64,000 nucleotides of DNA, from contig JALMLS010000466.1 in NCBI GenBank assembly GCA_038496445.1, positions 62,001 to 126,000 of the forward strand. Reading direction: 5' to 3'. A program made the translations under genes and the position numbers. The notes beneath the pieces were generated by a model, which ran no database searches, was not told the origin of the DNA, and saw only the letters and a program-made list of their open reading frames with translations. This DNA comes from Trichosphaerium sp. ATCC 40318 (lineage: Eukaryota > Protista > Tubulinea). Of the stretch, positions 62,399 to 64,000 are shown piece after piece. Within the stretch, counting starts at the first letter, position 1. Each line of letters starts with the position of its first letter.

Positions 62399-64000
62399 TT
62401 ATTTATGTGTCCATGAAAAAAATATCTTTTTTTCTGATGCATCAGAAAAAGTTGGTACAAAGTTAATATCGTGGACTTCTTTAATTCCTTCAGCAAGATT
62501 TGGATAAGTATATTTCTTATTAAAAACATGATAAGCAATATCAGGGATTAGTTTCCTTTGCCCTTCTAGTCAAAAGAGTTAGAAAACATTTCACAAACAG
62601 CTGAGTTTGTTTTTTCCTTTTCAGAGCAACCAAAGTGGCGTACTTGTCTTAAAGGTTCTCAATTGGTTCAAATGTCTGCACAAGTCCTTAGGCGCTAAAG
62701 TAACAAAGCACCTCACAGGTACACCTGTGAAGAAAATAATAAGAAACAAAAGATAATGGATTACGTCTATTTTCATACCAAAAGATTTGGCGACTTTTAT
62801 GTAACGTGCACGTGCAGCTGCATCAGGGTTTGTATTATCTATCACTATACTCTTTCCACTCTAAACAATATAATTAGCGTTATAACAAACAATTAGATAC
62901 CGCCATACCCTAATACACTCTTTAGTCTTCTTAACGCATTTGTCTTGTGATCCAAGCTCATCCTGAGCCAAGTTAGTTTTTGACCGAAAGAAAAAAGTGA
63001 AGAAAGTGGCAACGCTTACCCTGCTTATACGAATGTAGCCTGCTGGGATCAAGTAACGCTTTACAAACGAAGATTTTCCAGATGCCTGTATACCAACCAT
63101 AATTATCATCTCTAGTTCATCAGATGTCAAGTTAGCCATACCAGACTAAATTCAACAGAGTTATGATAAATATTAACTTAGGTTTGTGTGTACCGGAAAT
63201 ACTTGAATGTTATTGGCTTTCACTTTCTTGTAATAAGCTTTAGGATCGAAACTATTCCAGCTCCATACTGTAGGTGGAGGGTCTCCATGAAAAAACTCTT
63301 CTGGCGTTTGAAATTGAATTCCAATGTTTGCAGCAAACTTTCTATTCAAAAAGTCAGTTAAGCGACAAAAAAAACAACAAGGTATACCTGTCACTACAAG
63401 AAAAATCTCCTGGCTTTAAAAAAAGATTAGTGAGGCGATTTACTACAATGTGAACGTACTCTACCAGCTGCATCGCCTACATACCTTTGAAAACAAGTGA
63501 GAAAAAAAACGTTTTGTACGGCAAATAAACTGTAAAAAAATGAACTAAAAAAAAATAGACGTACAAGCAGTTTGCCATATCTGGAGCTATTTTGTTGTTT
63601 GAGTAGTTAATCATATTATCCCACATTGTAGTATTTGGCTTTCTAAAATGATCTTTCTTTGATGAAATGAAAGCTTGCATTGGTACTCCAAGCTGTAGAC
63701 AAAACGGTAAACACCTTCAAAAAAAAAAAGAAAAAAAAAGATCAAGTACCCTTTGTATCATATCATCGATCTTTCCTGTTAAACTTTCTGGCGATTGTTT
63801 CTTTGAAGCAATACCAGCTTGATTTGTAAATATAACAATCTTGTATCCTTTATCATAAAAAAACTTAAGTCTAGTAACAACCTTGTCCGACCACCACTGC
63901 CAATCCTGCCAAACAAATTAAAAAAAAACACTACAGAAAAAAAACCCAAACAATGCCTGACAGCCCAGCAACGCCATCAAACACCAACAAGGCTTTTTTG
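62399..64000 (-). CDS. PNKP: Bifunctional polynucleotide kinase 3'-phosphatase, 5' part outside the window
   Basis: GYKIVIFTNQAGI, FRKPNTTMW, YVGDAAGR, DFSCSDRKFAANIG..TPEEFF, kinase P-loop MVGIQASGKSSF, VIDNTNPDAAAR.Y; ends KIFFSWTHK*. Confidence 0.95.

Noticed and set aside
62429-62450. 22-bp palindrome TTTTTCTGATGCATCAGAAAAA
   Set aside because: It lies inside PNKP coding sequence and half of its arms are homopolymer, so it is plausibly chance.
45870-64000. PNKP plus two SNF2 genes as a DNA-repair gene cluster
   Set aside because: Adjacency in a compact eukaryotic genome is weak evidence without conserved synteny.

Overview
This is gene-dense, AT-rich (~35% GC, estimated by eye) eukaryotic nuclear DNA with many short spliceosomal introns (~40-150 nt, mostly GT-AG, at least one clear GC-AG) and very short intergenic spacers. 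The gene repertoire (class C GPCR, Zn2Cys6 factor, talin-head-like protein) suggests a free-living amoeboid protist, probably Amoebozoa (inference). About 18 genes were reconstructed by manual splicing: a USP9X/24/34-like deubiquitinase, COG8, a Trp-rich repeat protein, MacroD-CBM20, a UBL-leader surface protein, a class C GPCR, two SDRs, a Zn2Cys6 factor, ORC4, DJ-1/Hsp31, a talin-F0F1/PH protein, an LRR protein, PEX7, two Kelch-SNF2 paralogs, an NDUFA4/B12D-like protein and PNKP, plus a MORN-repeat pseudogene. No tRNA, rRNA or CRISPR array was seen. Main findings: (1) a convergent pair of diverged Kelch-[cargo]-novel domain-SNF2 genes, one carrying an integrated, catalytically degenerate aldolase/SDR; (2) a 77-aa ubiquitin-like leader ending LKGG fused to a membrane-anchored cupredoxin/His-rich protein; (3) COG8 with a ~1500-aa tail bearing a charged helical rod and coat-binding Trp motifs; (4) a macrodomain-CBM20 fusion; (5) roughly 9-fold enrichment of the palindrome CACGTG across the window. 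Exon boundaries are manual and family assignments come from motif recognition, not database searches.
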